Notes: generated by a model not told the origin, from the letters alone. A stretch of 64,000 nt of DNA from Lachnospiraceae bacterium (GCA_024693925.1 JAILKH010000019.1:7520-71519); one strand, 5' to 3'; numbered from the stretch's first letter, positions 35,836-47,038 are shown. Numbers and translations are program-made.

Positions 35836-38800
35836 TCAATGCTCATTCCACCACCACAAAAAACTCTTCTTTTTTATCTTGTAGGTGATCTTTTTGCTTC
35901 CTCCGAACCCACCGGTCCCGTAAACGGTCACTTCTGCCTTCCCGTTATTACGGTTGTTTTTATAAGTACTTTCATCAATCTCAAAAGTAACATCCGTCAT
36001 AGGATTTCCACCGTATTCCCAGATAATATCGTTAGCTGACAAAGTAACTACACTTCCGGTAAAAATCTTAGGCTCGACAGTTGCCTTAAGTTTGCCGATA
36101 TCATTGCCCTTTTTCAGGATTCTGTAACTTTCAGTTATACTACCGGTATATGTTGTACCGTTTCCTGTCACCTTCACATAAACAGGGGTTCCCGCAGGCA
36201 GGATATCATTATTGGAAATCTCCTTCTCACAGCTTTCATCATAATAATAATTAACTGTCTTTTGATAATCTTTTCCCGCACTTAATACTTTCCCGTTTTC
36301 ATCAACAACCCTGACACCGGCTTTCCACTTGCCTGCTTTACTCTGTTCCTCCTGATCATTTATCAAAACCTTTATTCCCGAAACCTTCATATCGGCGGCA
36401 CTTATCGCAAAGGTTGTGCTTATATCCGTACCCTTGAAATTTCCCTTACCCATTACCTTTACAGTGGGGAGCTTTTTAGAAGCTGTACCATCATTTACTG
36501 CCTTATTATTGATATATGAAACGGAATAGTCTGTCCCCTGTGTCAGAACGACATCATTAAACTTTACTACCGGCTTAGGTTCTACTCCGGCCTTTGTATA
36601 TGCATAGGAATTTTCATCCAATGATACGGAAAAGGCATCATCTGTATCCTTTGAAATATCAAAAGGTGTGATCCTAAAGGTCTTCTTTACAGATCCGCTG
36701 TAACCGTTCATTCCTATGATCACCATGGTCGCTGTCCCTGCATTGAGATTGTTTTCATAAATTACCGTATAATCTTTGAATTTTTTTAATGTTTGTGCTT
36801 CCGAACCTTTATTTTCTTTATAACTTAAGGTCACTTCCTGTACCTGTTTGATCCCATTATATGGTACTTGTTTTTCAAATCCGGTGATACCGGCTTTACT
36901 TATGGGAATGCCTGTTATCTTAAAAGTTACGGTTTTGCTTCCGATATACCCTTTTTCGGGAATACCCTGAATGGTTGCCGTTGCCGTTCCGGGATACCTG
37001 TTATTATTATATGTAACCGTATAATCCTCATCCTTAACAAGAACGGTTTTCCCGTTCTTTACTATCAGGTCTTCCGTAAGCAGTTCTATATAGTTACCTG
37101 TATAGGACTGATCTGCGATCTTCCCTATACTCAGCTTATTTACCGGAATCACTTCCGGACCGGCAATGATAAAGGATTTTATCACAGAGCCCGTAAAGTT
37201 ACCGTTCCCTGTTACTTTAGCATAATACGTCCCCGGAAGCTTCGGCTCAACCTCCGTTATGCATTCCTCTTCCGTATAATAAGTTACATTAAGATCCTTT
37301 TTATTAACCAGTTTCTTATTGTTATAAACGAGAACGGGAATAGGCTTATAAGCCTTTTTCGCATTGTAAGAAACTTCGGGAATATCTGAAATTTTCAGAT
37401 CTTTACCGGAAATATCCTTTTTTGCGATGGTAAATGTATGGGTATCCTGTCCGTTGTAATTCCCTTTTCCTTTAACGATCACCGTGGGAGCTTTCTTTAT
37501 ATCAAACTGACTGTCTCCCTCTTTATATGTGTAGGCTTCCTTATTATTTTTATACGAAACCGTATAATCCGTCTTTTCATCGAGCAATTCTATTCCGTCA
37601 TACACATATATTTTCGGTGTCAATGCCTTGCCGGTATATACCATGGCATCATCTTCTATTTCCTTTATCCATATACCGCCCCGGGGGACGATCGTAAGAG
37701 TACAGGAAGCGGACTTGGTGTTGTCATACTTGGATGTGGCAGTGATAACTGCTGTCCCACCCTTTATTGCTGTGACATGTCCTCCACTCTCCGTTACCGT
37801 TGCGACTTCCGGATCAGAGCTATTCCAGCTAATCGACTTCGATTCTGCATTAAAAGGCACAATAGTTGCACAGAGGTCAATTTCTTCCCCCACAAGCAGG
37901 TTGACTGAGCTCTCATTGAGGACTATGCCGGTCACAGGAACAATTATCTGTGAAGTAATGCATTCCGCATTCGTGTAAGTATTATCCCTGACCTTTACCC
38001 TATACCAGACATAATATTTCCCGCGTTTAACTCCTCGGGGAATGAGTGTTGACCAATTTTCGGTCTGCGACTCAATTCCTGCACTTCCTAAGCGGTATTC
38101 TAACTCTCCTCCCAGAGCCTCTCCTGCTTCAACCAGTTCCTGTGATGCTCCGGAAAAGATAAGTTCTTTTGCTTTCGGCTTTATGGCTGCACCGGCGATC
38201 GTAACCACAATGGGTTCTTTTGCGTAAATATTTTTATAGTTTTCTTCAAAAACCACCCTGTAATAGACATAATATTTTCCGGCCTCTGTCGCTTTAGGAA
38301 TGGCTTTTTGATAATCGTCATCCGATGGTTTGATACAGTTATCTGATACAAGCGCATACTCAAGTGAGCCATAATATACACTGTTTTTGCTTATAAGTTC
38401 CTGGGCATACCCCTGGTAATAAAGACCATCCTTACTTACAACTTCAGGTTCTCCTATATATTTACATCTGATAACACGTTTTTGCTCGACATTATTACCA
38501 CTTACCTGATTATCATTTACCCGGTTTTCACTCAGATATGACATATATGTATATCCCTCGGGCGCTTCCAGGGTAAGTGTATATTTTGTAGTATCAATAC
38601 TGTCTTTTACGGTTTTGTATATATTTGTGATATCCAGACTCCAGTTCCATACTTCCTTGGTCTCTGTCCCTTCTGTAACAATAGTCGGACTCACCACCTT
38701 ACTTTTCACGATATTTCCTCTGCCATCAAGCAGGTTAAAGGATACCGAATCAGGCCGTTTCCCTTTTTCGTCATTATTATCATCCCATTCCATGACTCCG

Positions 38801-41661
38801 TTTAACAAGATGTTTCCGGAAAAGCCGTGGACATTTACAACTTCAAAATCGTTTACCAATATGGTATAACCCGTTGAAGTATCTGTAGCTTCTAGGCCTG
38901 TCTTATCTTCTTTCAGGGTATACTTAACCAGTTTACCGTTTTCATATTTAGGTAAATCCCCAAAATCATGAGCCCAGTTATCCTTTTGGGTCACAAGCAC
39001 TGAATCGATCTCTGTACCATTTTTATATAGACGAAGGGTTACACTTTGAGGACGTACACCATCCTTATCATCATAATCTTCCCATCTGACTACAGCATTA
39101 CACGATACGACAGAGATCGGTGTATGAGAAAGAACTATCACATAACCCATGCCTTCCTGTCCCTGTATCTCATAATAATATTCTCCCGACTTATCGACTC
39201 CGGTTGCCTTATCCCAGTCAATGGTGATACTGTCCACATTGCCTTTCACAAAACCCTTCCAGTTACTGGCTGCATTCAGTATAAGCTCTGATGTATACCC
39301 TCCGGTGATCTTCAATTTAAGCTGCGACGGTCTTTGAGTATCCGTATCATTCCCGTCTTTCCATATGACCATTACCGGAGTGGTTTTACTTTGGGTAAAT
39401 ATCCCGCTAAAGCTTACGGAATCAGCCTCTATATCGTATATCTGTCCGGGAAATGCTTTATTTACATTCCCGCTTCCGTCATCTACATCCCATCCGATGA
39501 AAAACGATTCCGGTTTTTCATAAATATTGTCAGGGATATCTATCTGTGATCCCTTCAAAACCTTATATTGCTGCTTCGAACAATCAAAGCCTGAAGTCAC
39601 GGTTATATTGCTGTACTCCATACCATCAAAAAAATTCGTTTCCCATATTTTTTTTGACACATCTTTGGTCAGACCGTCAAATCTAACCCAGCCGTAACGT
39701 TTGCCTTTTGTACTGAAAACCTTATCTTCATCACTTCCATTAAAGAGCTTTTTCTGTATTTCTTCAGCGTAGGCTATGGGTGTTTTGATCAGATTAAAAT
39801 CGGAATTTGTTGTTCCCACCGAATAGACATCATCATAATGAGTAGCTGCATCCGAAGGTATCATTGTATCGTTTTCGGCATAGAAAGCCCTTAAGCGCTG
39901 GATCTTCTCACCAACATCGCAATATTTACTCTCACTTTTACTGTTGCTATCATTCAGGTACAAGGCACCGATTGTTTCTGCATCACTTTTACTCGATCTT
40001 ACAACCACTTTTCCCCTGCAATCCTTAAGCATGGGAAAATCGGAATAGGCCTTTCCGAATTCGCCGTCCTTCATATATAAAAACGACTCTCCAGTGTTAG
40101 GATTGGTAGTTTGCGACAGCTCGATCAGTTTATCTCTTATCCTTGAAAATACTATGTTATGATCATCTTCATTTTCATCAATGACTTCAGCTTCAAAGCT
40201 TAAAATGACAGTTTCGGAAGGATGATCTGTAAGAAACTCCTTTACCCATTCAAGGACCATATCAAAGGTAATATCTTTATCGTCCTTATCCTGAGCATAA
40301 TATGTCCCGGCATTCAAATTTTTGCCATGGCAGACCCATAAGGTATGACCATCATCATCTGCTCCGACCACTGCATCATCTCCGACCAGACACTTCACAG
40401 GGTCTTCAGGAAGAACGTCAATTACATCGAGCTTATTAAATACCCAATCTGCAAGATCGATGGCATCCTGCTCATAAACAGAGTACCAGGTGACCATTTT
40501 ATTATTCAGTCTGATATCAAGGCCGCGGACGCCGGCCTCAAGCTGCTCATCAATAAACAATTTCTGGACCTGCGCGAACTTATAGCCCGCGACCAGAGAG
40601 GCCGGAGCTCCGTTGATATCCACATCTTTTGTTCCGGAATCATGAGTGCAGGGAATATTTATCTCATTAAGCTTTCTTGTACCGGGAATGAATGACATCC
40701 AATTATTAGACTGGGGGTCCATACTTTCCGTGTCATAACCCAGCCTTTGATCCTCTTTAAGGAAGAGGACATTTTCCACTACCGGATCACTTTTGGAAGG
40801 ATCCTCACAGGTTATCTCTACTGCATAACAGCCCATACTGTCCGCTTGGACCTCGATAGTATCTTTAACCTGTCCCTCGCCGACCTTTACAGCTGTGGTC
40901 TCGCCGCCTGCCTCATTTTGTGATATGCTGTAAATCCCTACCGACCAGTCCTGCCCATAACCCTTCTTTTTATCTGTAGCTATTTTTTCAACTTTGAAGG
41001 AGATTTTAACTGTTTTTCCGTCAAGGGGCTGCAACTGTGCGCCCGACGTATCATTAACACTGATAGTATATGTATTGGAATGTGAAAACGGGATGCTTTT
41101 ATTATCTCTTAATTTTTCGATCGCTGCATAAGCGGCTTTTTCTTCGTCAAGTGAAGTCCGCTTTACGACAAGTTTTTTTGCATCGGATGAAAAAACTCCG
41201 GCATCGGCAGAAACAGTGACCTTTACTTCATCTACGGTCATACAGGATTGGGAAAATTCTACGGAATTTCCAGAGACTCCGTCTGAACTTACTGTTTCAC
41301 TTTGTATTAAATCATCCTCACCGGTTTCTTCGATAAGGACATTTTCCTGTCCGGTTTCTTCGATAAGGATATTATCCTGATCCACATCATCAATAAGGAT
41401 ATTTTCCTGTTCTGTATCTTCTGTAAGGATATTATCCTGTTCTGTATCTTCAATAAGGATATTATCCTGTTCTGTATCTTCTGTAAGGATATTATCCTGC
41501 TCCGTCCCGTCTGTAAGGAGATTATTCTGATCTGTCTCTTCGGTCAGGATATCATTCCTCCCCATATCCTTCCCGTAAGTATCAGTCGCAAGTGCTGTAA
41601 ACATCATATTTAGCACCAATGTAACAGATAATAATCTACACAAATATATCTTTTTATCCAT
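35836..41661 (-). CDS. Giant secreted multidomain protein: decapeptide repeats, PI-PLC X domain, Cna-B-like repeats, Big_2, about 7 MBG-type repeats
   Basis: ATG 41661 (MDKKIYLCRLLSVTLVL...) follows AAGGGGG. PI-PLC motifs are IPCTHDSGT, VCHGK, HPSETVILSF and CRGKVVV (about 39750-40700). Cna-B-like motifs WEDYDDKDGVRPQSVTLRLY occur 3 times, Big_2 lies at about 37700-37945, and the repeated ...YTVSYKNN...GKGNYxG...F.I modules follow. No LPXTG motif seen. Confidence 0.85.
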   Translation of the reverse strand: MDKKIYLCRLLSVTLVLNMMFTALATDTYGKDMGRNDILTEETDQNNLLTDGTEQDNILTEDTEQDNILIEDTEQDNILTEDTEQENILIDDVDQDNILIEETGQENVLIEETGEDDLIQSETVSSDGVSGNSVEFSQSCMTVDEVKVTVSADAGVFSSDAKKLVVKRTSLDEEKAAYAAIEKLRDNKSIPFSHSNTYTISVNDTSGAQLQPLDGKTVKISFKVEKIATDKKKGYGQDWSVGIYSISQNEAGGETTAVKVGEGQVKDTIEVQADSMGCYAVEITCEDPSKSDPVVENVLFLKEDQRLGYDTESMDPQSNNWMSFIPGTRKLNEINIPCTHDSGTKDVDINGAPASLVAGYKFAQVQKLFIDEQLEAGVRGLDIRLNNKMVTWYSVYEQDAIDLADWVFNKLDVIDVLPEDPVKCLVGDDAVVGADDDGHTLWVCHGKNLNAGTYYAQDKDDKDITFDMVLEWVKEFLTDHPSETVILSFEAEVIDENEDDHNIVFSRIRDKLIELSQTTNPNTGESFLYMKDGEFGKAYSDFPMLKDCRGKVVVRSSKSDAETIGALYLNDSNSKSESKYCDVGEKIQRLRAFYAENDTMIPSDAATHYDDVYSVGTTNSDFNLIKTPIAYAEEIQKKLFNGSDEDKVFSTKGKRYGWVRFDGLTKDVSKKIWETNFFDGMEYSNITVTSGFDCSKQQYKVLKGSQIDIPDNIYEKPESFFIGWDVDDGSGNVNKAFPGQIYDIEADSVSFSGIFTQSKTTPVMVIWKDGNDTDTQRPSQLKLKITGGYTSELILNAASNWKGFVKGNVDSITIDWDKATGVDKSGEYYYEIQGQEGMGYVIVLSHTPISVVSCNAVVRWEDYDDKDGVRPQSVTLRLYKNGTEIDSVLVTQKDNWAHDFGDLPKYENGKLVKYTLKEDKTGLEATDTSTGYTILVNDFEVVNVHGFSGNILLNGVMEWDDNNDEKGKRPDSVSFNLLDGRGNIVKSKVVSPTIVTEGTETKEVWNWSLDITNIYKTVKDSIDTTKYTLTLEAPEGYTYMSYLSENRVNDNQVSGNNVEQKRVIRCKYIGEPEVVSKDGLYYQGYAQELISKNSVYYGSLEYALVSDNCIKPSDDDYQKAIPKATEAGKYYVYYRVVFEENYKNIYAKEPIVVTIAGAAIKPKAKELIFSGASQELVEAGEALGGELEYRLGSAGIESQTENWSTLIPRGVKRGKYYVWYRVKVRDNTYTNAECITSQIIVPVTGIVLNESSVNLLVGEEIDLCATIVPFNAESKSISWNSSDPEVATVTESGGHVTAIKGGTAVITATSKYDNTKSASCTLTIVPRGGIWIKEIEDDAMVYTGKALTPKIYVYDGIELLDEKTDYTVSYKNNKEAYTYKEGDSQFDIKKAPTVIVKGKGNYNGQDTHTFTIAKKDISGKDLKISDIPEVSYNAKKAYKPIPVLVYNNKKLVNKKDLNVTYYTEEECITEVEPKLPGTYYAKVTGNGNFTGSVIKSFIIAGPEVIPVNKLSIGKIADQSYTGNYIELLTEDLIVKNGKTVLVKDEDYTVTYNNNRYPGTATATIQGIPEKGYIGSKTVTFKITGIPISKAGITGFEKQVPYNGIKQVQEVTLSYKENKGSEAQTLKKFKDYTVIYENNLNAGTATMVIIGMNGYSGSVKKTFRITPFDISKDTDDAFSVSLDENSYAYTKAGVEPKPVVKFNDVVLTQGTDYSVSYINNKAVNDGTASKKLPTVKVMGKGNFKGTDISTTFAISAADMKVSGIKVLINDQEEQSKAGKWKAGVRVVDENGKVLSAGKDYQKTVNYYYDESCEKEISNNDILPAGTPVYVKVTGNGTTYTGSITESYRILKKGNDIGKLKATVEPKIFTGSVVTLSANDIIWEYGGNPMTDVTFEIDESTYKNNRNNGKAEVTVYGTGGFGGSKKITYKIKKKSFLWWWNEH
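41321..41560 (-). repeat. 8 x 30-bp in-frame tandem repeat (decapeptide ..TEDTEQDNIL..)
   Basis: The unit tctgtatcttctgtaaggatattatcctgt and its variants are repeated head to tail inside the 5-prime end of the giant CDS. Confidence 0.9.
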
Positions 41662-41716
41662 GTCGCTGCCCCCTTTATACAGGTAAGTTATTTTTGCCAT
41701 ATACTAATCGGTTATA

Positions 41717-41725
41717 ATTGTATCA
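41717..41725 (-). promoter_or_regulatory. Candidate extended -10 (TGATACAAT) for the giant surface-protein gene
   Basis: Minus strand reads TGTGATACAATTATAAC, about 55 nt upstream of ATG 41661. Confidence 0.35.
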
Positions 41726-41807
41726 CAAAACATAACCGCAGTGACATATACGTCTGGTAATTTATAAAATATTAATAATCACCTCTGATATCGTAAGTAT
41801 CTTAAGC

Positions 41808-42581
41808 TTACCGAACGATCACCGGAGTACCAACACTTACCATATCATACAGCATATAAGCCGCATCCTTTGGAATATTGACACACCCATGTGAACCGTT
41901 TGACTTATATATTTCTCCTCCGAATTTACTTCTCCAGGAAGCATCATGAAGTCCGATCCTGTTATTTGTAAATCTCATCCATCGATCCACCCATACATCC
42001 CAGCTTTCTCCCTTAAGACGTTTACCCGGTATCTTTTCCAATATGTAATAGGAACCGGTCGGTGTAGAACGTCCGTCTTTCGGTGTTCCGGTCACACATG
42101 GCGAAACAAGGACCGGCAAACCGTTTACATACATCGATATTGTCTGATTAGCTATGTCCACATCAACAAATGTACCTGTCGCCTGAACCGTTGCAATAAT
42201 TGCTGCATTACGGGCATCCGATGCCGTCTGTAAAACCGTCACCGAACTCTGAGTTATCTGTGGCTGTAACGGTAAAGATTCTTCCGAAGCATTTGCAAGC
42301 AGCTTAATTGCCTCTGTATTTCCCTTTGCCGCGGCATTCTGAAGTTCTATTTCTCTTGCCCTGCCTTCACACTCCGCAAGTGCATTGGGATATCGTCCCT
42401 CTTTCCGGCCCTCATTGATATAGTGATCATACAAAGCTTTCTCGCCACAGCCGATCGTATTGGCAACATCAGGATAACGCTGGGCATAATAGCCTGCATC
42501 GAAATCCGCAGCATACACGGATACCCCATTAAATACCGCAATAAAAATAACTGCAAAGATAGTTGATAATTTTGTTTTCAT
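41808..42581 (-). CDS. L,D-transpeptidase (YkuD domain), secreted
   Basis: Signal peptide and catalytic SHGCVNIP motif. The N-terminal YYAQRYPDVA...HYINEGRKEGR module is also present. Confidence 0.85.
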   Translation of the reverse strand: MKTKLSTIFAVIFIAVFNGVSVYAADFDAGYYAQRYPDVANTIGCGEKALYDHYINEGRKEGRYPNALAECEGRAREIELQNAAAKGNTEAIKLLANASEESLPLQPQITQSSVTVLQTASDARNAAIIATVQATGTFVDVDIANQTISMYVNGLPVLVSPCVTGTPKDGRSTPTGSYYILEKIPGKRLKGESWDVWVDRWMRFTNNRIGLHDASWRSKFGGEIYKSNGSHGCVNIPKDAAYMLYDMVSVGTPVIVR

Positions 42582-42601
42582 ATTTCCCTCCCTAAAATGT
42601 A

Positions 42602-43981
42602 TTAAATTTTATCAAGAGCTTCTCTAACCGTATCCACACCAATAAGGTTCATTTTACCCTCAATATTTGTCAACTGTCCTATTGAGCTTTTGGGTATGAT
42701 ACAGGTTCTGAAACCAAGTTTATATGCTTCCTGGACCCGTTCCTTTACCATACTCACACTCCTTACCTCTCCGCTAAGTCCCACTTCCCCAAAAGTAACC
42801 ACATCCATAGGTATATTTCTATCCTTATAACTTGATACGATCGCAAGTATTATTGCCAGGTCTATAGCCGGCTCGGATAATCTCATTCCGCCTGCAACAT
42901 TTACATATGCATCACACTCACCAAGCTTTAATCCCAGTCTTTTTTCAAGTACCGCCATAAGAAGATTAACTCTGTTAATATCCGCTCCCGTAGTCTGACG
43001 CCTTGGGATTCCAAAACCGGTATGACATACAAGGGCCTGAAGTTCAATAAGCAGGGGTCTTGTACCTTCCATCGCACAAACCACCACCGAACCGCTGGCT
43101 TTTACCGGCCTGCCACTCAACATATACTCAGAGGGATTTTTCACCTCACAGAGGCCGTCATTTCTCATTTCAAATACACCTATTTCATTGGTGGATCCAA
43201 ACCGGTTCTTAACCCCTCTTAATATTCTGTATGCCGCATGTCTGTCACCTTCAAAATACAATACCGTATCTACCATATGTTCCAAAACTCTTGGACCCGC
43301 AACCGTTCCTTCTTTGGTTACATGACCTACTATAAAAATGGATATGGACATACTTTTGGCAAGTCTCAAAAATAAAGCCGTAGCCTCCCTGACCTGTGAG
43401 ACCGAACCCGGTGCCGAAGAAATATCTTCCGAGAACATTGTCTGGATCGAATCTATTACAACCACCTTAGGCTTTTCTTTTTTTATTGTTTCTTCTATAA
43501 CGGAAAGATCGGTTTCACAAAACAGAGACAAAGACTCATCAAAATCACCTATACGTTCCGCTCTCATTTTTATCTGCTTTAGGGATTCCTCTCCCGATAT
43601 ATATAACACGCTTACCTTATCTAAAGACAGATTTCTGCAAACCTGAAGCAAAAGTGTGGATTTGCCTATACCGGGATCTCCTCCCACCAAAAGAAGCGAG
43701 CCCTGCACTATTCCGCCCCCAAGAACTCTGTCCAATTCACTTATATGCGTATTAATCTTATCCTCTTCGCTTAGTTCTATATTGGAAAGCTTCATAGGCT
43801 TATTGTCCGAATAAAGAGGCGATACGCCGGCGCCTGATCTTACTTTATGAGCATTCTTATTTACGGTTTCCTCCACCATAGTGTTCCAGGAATGACACCC
43901 GGGACACTGCCCCATCCATTTAGAAGATTCATATCCGCAATTATTGCAAAAAAATACTGTCGTTAATTTTCCCTTTGCCAT
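42602..43981 (-). CDS. radA: DNA repair protein RadA/Sms
   Basis: Zn-finger CNNCGYESSKWMGQCPGCHSWNT, Walker A GDPGIGKST, KNRFG motif and a Lon-like C-terminal domain. Confidence 0.96.
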   Translation of the reverse strand: MAKGKLTTVFFCNNCGYESSKWMGQCPGCHSWNTMVEETVNKNAHKVRSGAGVSPLYSDNKPMKLSNIELSEEDKINTHISELDRVLGGGIVQGSLLLVGGDPGIGKSTLLLQVCRNLSLDKVSVLYISGEESLKQIKMRAERIGDFDESLSLFCETDLSVIEETIKKEKPKVVVIDSIQTMFSEDISSAPGSVSQVREATALFLRLAKSMSISIFIVGHVTKEGTVAGPRVLEHMVDTVLYFEGDRHAAYRILRGVKNRFGSTNEIGVFEMRNDGLCEVKNPSEYMLSGRPVKASGSVVVCAMEGTRPLLIELQALVCHTGFGIPRRQTTGADINRVNLLMAVLEKRLGLKLGECDAYVNVAGGMRLSEPAIDLAIILAIVSSYKDRNIPMDVVTFGEVGLSGEVRSVSMVKERVQEAYKLGFRTCIIPKSSIGQLTNIEGKMNLIGVDTVREALDKI

Positions 43982-44138
43982 TTAAAACCTCTTGTATTTT
44001 ATTAAATCATTCTATATTGTACCCGATACAGGTATCCTCTTTATCCGGCCGCTCAATGCAGAAATAACTAAAGCTGCGTACTGCCTAACGGCTCACACAG
44101 CTTTAATATGATCTAAATCCACATTTTTATGACATTTA

Positions 44139-44549
44139 TCATAACCTGATCGCCACCGGAACATCCCCGTTTCCTGCCAGTTCAACACTAAAGCTTAACT
44201 TCCCTCCAAGATTACTCTTAACTTTTCCAGTGCTTTTTCCGTCGATCATAATCTCATACTCTGTATCCTCTCTTACTCCGACAGTTATCTGTGCATCTTC
44301 ATTTCCGCATACGGTAAAATAAACCCCTTCATTGGTAGCTTTAAAACCGTGCACACAGGTTCCGGGAACAGATTCATAAACAAACATTCCGTCTCTTTCA
44401 AGTTTTGTGATTTCCTTAAAGGTTTTTACCTTATAAATATTTCCGGCACATTCGTGATCATCTTTTTTTGCCTTTTCATTCAGTTCATAATTTCCGAAAC
44501 TAAGACCGCCATCTGCTTCGGTTTTTATCAATTCACTTATAACTGCCAT
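44139..44549 (-). CDS. Hypothetical 136-aa protein
   Basis: Strong SD (GGAAGGAGAAAGG) inside the clpC 3-prime end, with the ATG 1 nt after the clpC stop. Beta-rich sequence, no family recognised. Confidence 0.55.
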   Translation of the reverse strand: MAVISELIKTEADGGLSFGNYELNEKAKKDDHECAGNIYKVKTFKEITKLERDGMFVYESVPGTCVHGFKATNEGVYFTVCGNEDAQITVGVREDTEYEIMIDGKSTGKVKSNLGGKLSFSVELAGNGDVPVAIRL

Positions 44550-44550
44550 T

Positions 44551-47007
44551 TTACCTTTCTCCTTCCTGAATCAAAATTTCATCCTTTTTCATCAGTACTC
44601 TGACTTTATCATTTTCTTTGATCTTCCCTTCCAAGACGGCCTCGGCAAGTTTGTCTTCAAGCATAGTCTGAATAGCCCTCTTCAAAGGTCTTGCACCAAA
44701 TTTTTTATCTGCACCCTTAAGTGCGATATGCTTCTTTACGGAATCAGCCACTGTAAGGGATACATTCATCTCCTCCTTCATTCTTAAAGCAAGCTGGTTT
44801 ACAAGTAATGTGACTATCTTCTTCATATTATCCTGATCAAGTGCCCTAAACACTATTATCTCATCTATACGGTTAATAAATTCAGGTTTAAAGATCCTTT
44901 TAACTTCTTCCATTACTCCGGATTTCATTTTACTGTGATCCGCCTCGGCATTATTTTCCGTTATAAACCCTAAATGCTTAGGTTCGATAATCCGATTGGC
45001 TCCTGCATTGCTTGTCATTATTATAACACAATTTTTAAAAGAAACCTTACGTCCGTTTGAATCTGTAATATTCCCTTCATCCAAAACCTGAAGCAAAATA
45101 TTAAATACATCCGGGTGAGCCTTTTCAATTTCATCAAAAAGTACTACCGAATACGGATTTCTACGAACTTTCTCCGACAGCTGACCGCCCTCCTCAAAGC
45201 CCACATATCCCGGAGGAGAACCGATCAGTTTACTCACCGTATGCTTCTCCATATACTCCGACATATCAACTCTGATCATAGCATTTTCGGTTCCAAACAA
45301 CACCTCGGTAAGAGCTTTTGAAAGTTCTGTCTTTCCAACACCTGTAGGACCCAGGAATAAGAAAGAGCCAATGGGTCTGTTCTTCTCCTTTAAACCCACC
45401 CTGCCACGCTTGATAGCCCTGGACACCGCCGAAACTGCTTCATCCTGGCCTATAACTCTTTGTTTAAGAGTCTTCTCCATCCTGTTAAGCTTGGAAGCTT
45501 CTCCCTCTTTAAGCTTGGCTATGGGAATCCTTGTCAATTCGGACACAACATCCGAAACCACCTCTTCATCTACGGTAAGAACGCCTTTTGATCCTTTGGA
45601 TTTTTTCCTGTTTTTACGATCATACTCCTTCTCAAGCTCTTTCTGTTCCAGCTTAAGATCCGTAAACCTTTCCTGCTCATCCAAACGCAGTGCTTCGACT
45701 TTCTCATCTTCAATCTCTTTAAGACGAAGTCTCAGATCATCCATGGTTTCAGAACCTCTAAGTTCCTTTAACCGTATCTTTGCGGCAGATTCATCCATAA
45801 GATCTATTGCTTTATCCGGTAAAAATCTATCATTTATATATCTGTCGGAAAGCTTTACACAAGCTTCAATGGCCTCATCGGTGATCACAACTCCGTGATG
45901 CTTCTCATATTCTCCGCGTATACCCTTAAGAATACTTATCGCATCCTCCGGTGTCGGAGGTTCAACATTTATAGGCTGAAACCTTCTTTCCAAGGCCGCA
46001 TCTTTCTCAATATATTTCCGGTATTCATCATGTGTGGTTGCACCTATAAGCTGCACCTCACCTCTGGAAAGCGATGGTTTTAATATATTTGATGCATCAA
46101 GAGAACCCTCTGCTCCTCCTGCTCCTATAAGAGTATGAAGCTCATCAACAAAAAGAATTATATTTTTATTCTCGGATACTTCATTGATTACTTTTTTTAT
46201 ACGTTCTTCAAATTCACCGCGATATTTAGTACCTGCCACCATGGATGCCATATCCAATGTTAACAAACGCTTTCCCTGCACTGTTTTGGGTACATCTCCC
46301 GAAATTATCCTTCCCGCCAATCCTTCCACTATTGCTGTCTTACCCACGCCGGGTTCTCCCACAAGACAGGGATTATTCTTGGTACGCCGGCTAAGGGTCT
46401 GGATTATCCGCTGTATTTCCGTTTCCCGGCCTATAACGGGATCAAGCTTACCCTGTTTTGCAAGTTCCGTTAAGTCTCTGCTGTATTTATCTATGAGCAT
46501 CTGGGAATCCGGCATTTTACTCTGACCCTTATTGGCCAGAGACTGGATTTCATCTTTATACCTGCCGACTTCCTCACCCATCGATGCCAGAATATCCACG
46601 TACAGTTTCTGAACATTCACGCCTATAGTATTCAATATCCTGACTGCAAGATTATCATAGTCTTTTAAGATCGAAATAAAAATATGTTCCGTTCCGATCA
46701 ATGTTTCATCCATAGATATTGCAACTTCCTGTGCAAGTTCCAGAATATTTATCAACTTGGGCGTATACCCGTCCGTATCCTTAACCTTTATATCAGAATC
46801 GGGTGCTATCTGCTGTTTTATAAGTTCCTTGATCCTAAGACTGCTTACTTCGTTTTTCTTAAGCACCTCGCAGACAACAGAACTGCCCTCTTCCATAAAT
46901 GCCAATAAAAGATGTTCCGTTCCGATATATCCATGTTTTAGAAGTCGTGACATTCTTGATGCCACCTTTAATACTTTTTTTGCTTTTTCTGTATATTCCA
47001 ATGCCAT
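44551..47007 (-). CDS. clpC: ATP-dependent Clp protease ATP-binding subunit ClpC
   Basis: Clp_N repeats, two AAA modules ([18 protein letters not shown]), 818 aa. Confidence 0.95.
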   Translation of the reverse strand: MALEYTEKAKKVLKVASRMSRLLKHGYIGTEHLLLAFMEEGSSVVCEVLKKNEVSSLRIKELIKQQIAPDSDIKVKDTDGYTPKLINILELAQEVAISMDETLIGTEHIFISILKDYDNLAVRILNTIGVNVQKLYVDILASMGEEVGRYKDEIQSLANKGQSKMPDSQMLIDKYSRDLTELAKQGKLDPVIGRETEIQRIIQTLSRRTKNNPCLVGEPGVGKTAIVEGLAGRIISGDVPKTVQGKRLLTLDMASMVAGTKYRGEFEERIKKVINEVSENKNIILFVDELHTLIGAGGAEGSLDASNILKPSLSRGEVQLIGATTHDEYRKYIEKDAALERRFQPINVEPPTPEDAISILKGIRGEYEKHHGVVITDEAIEACVKLSDRYINDRFLPDKAIDLMDESAAKIRLKELRGSETMDDLRLRLKEIEDEKVEALRLDEQERFTDLKLEQKELEKEYDRKNRKKSKGSKGVLTVDEEVVSDVVSELTRIPIAKLKEGEASKLNRMEKTLKQRVIGQDEAVSAVSRAIKRGRVGLKEKNRPIGSFLFLGPTGVGKTELSKALTEVLFGTENAMIRVDMSEYMEKHTVSKLIGSPPGYVGFEEGGQLSEKVRRNPYSVVLFDEIEKAHPDVFNILLQVLDEGNITDSNGRKVSFKNCVIIMTSNAGANRIIEPKHLGFITENNAEADHSKMKSGVMEEVKRIFKPEFINRIDEIIVFRALDQDNMKKIVTLLVNQLALRMKEEMNVSLTVADSVKKHIALKGADKKFGARPLKRAIQTMLEDKLAEAVLEGKIKENDKVRVLMKKDEILIQEGER

Positions 47008-47038
47008 TTTATGATCTTGCCTTTTATTAGTTTGCGCT

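Noticed and set aside
41321-41560. Regular 30-bp repeats as a possible CRISPR array
   Set aside because: The units are directly adjacent with no spacers, are in frame within a long CDS, and no cas genes are present.
47008-47038. CtsR operator upstream of clpC
   Set aside because: No tandem GGTCAAA heptads were found here. Only a single GGTCAAT half-site lies in the distal leader near 52780.
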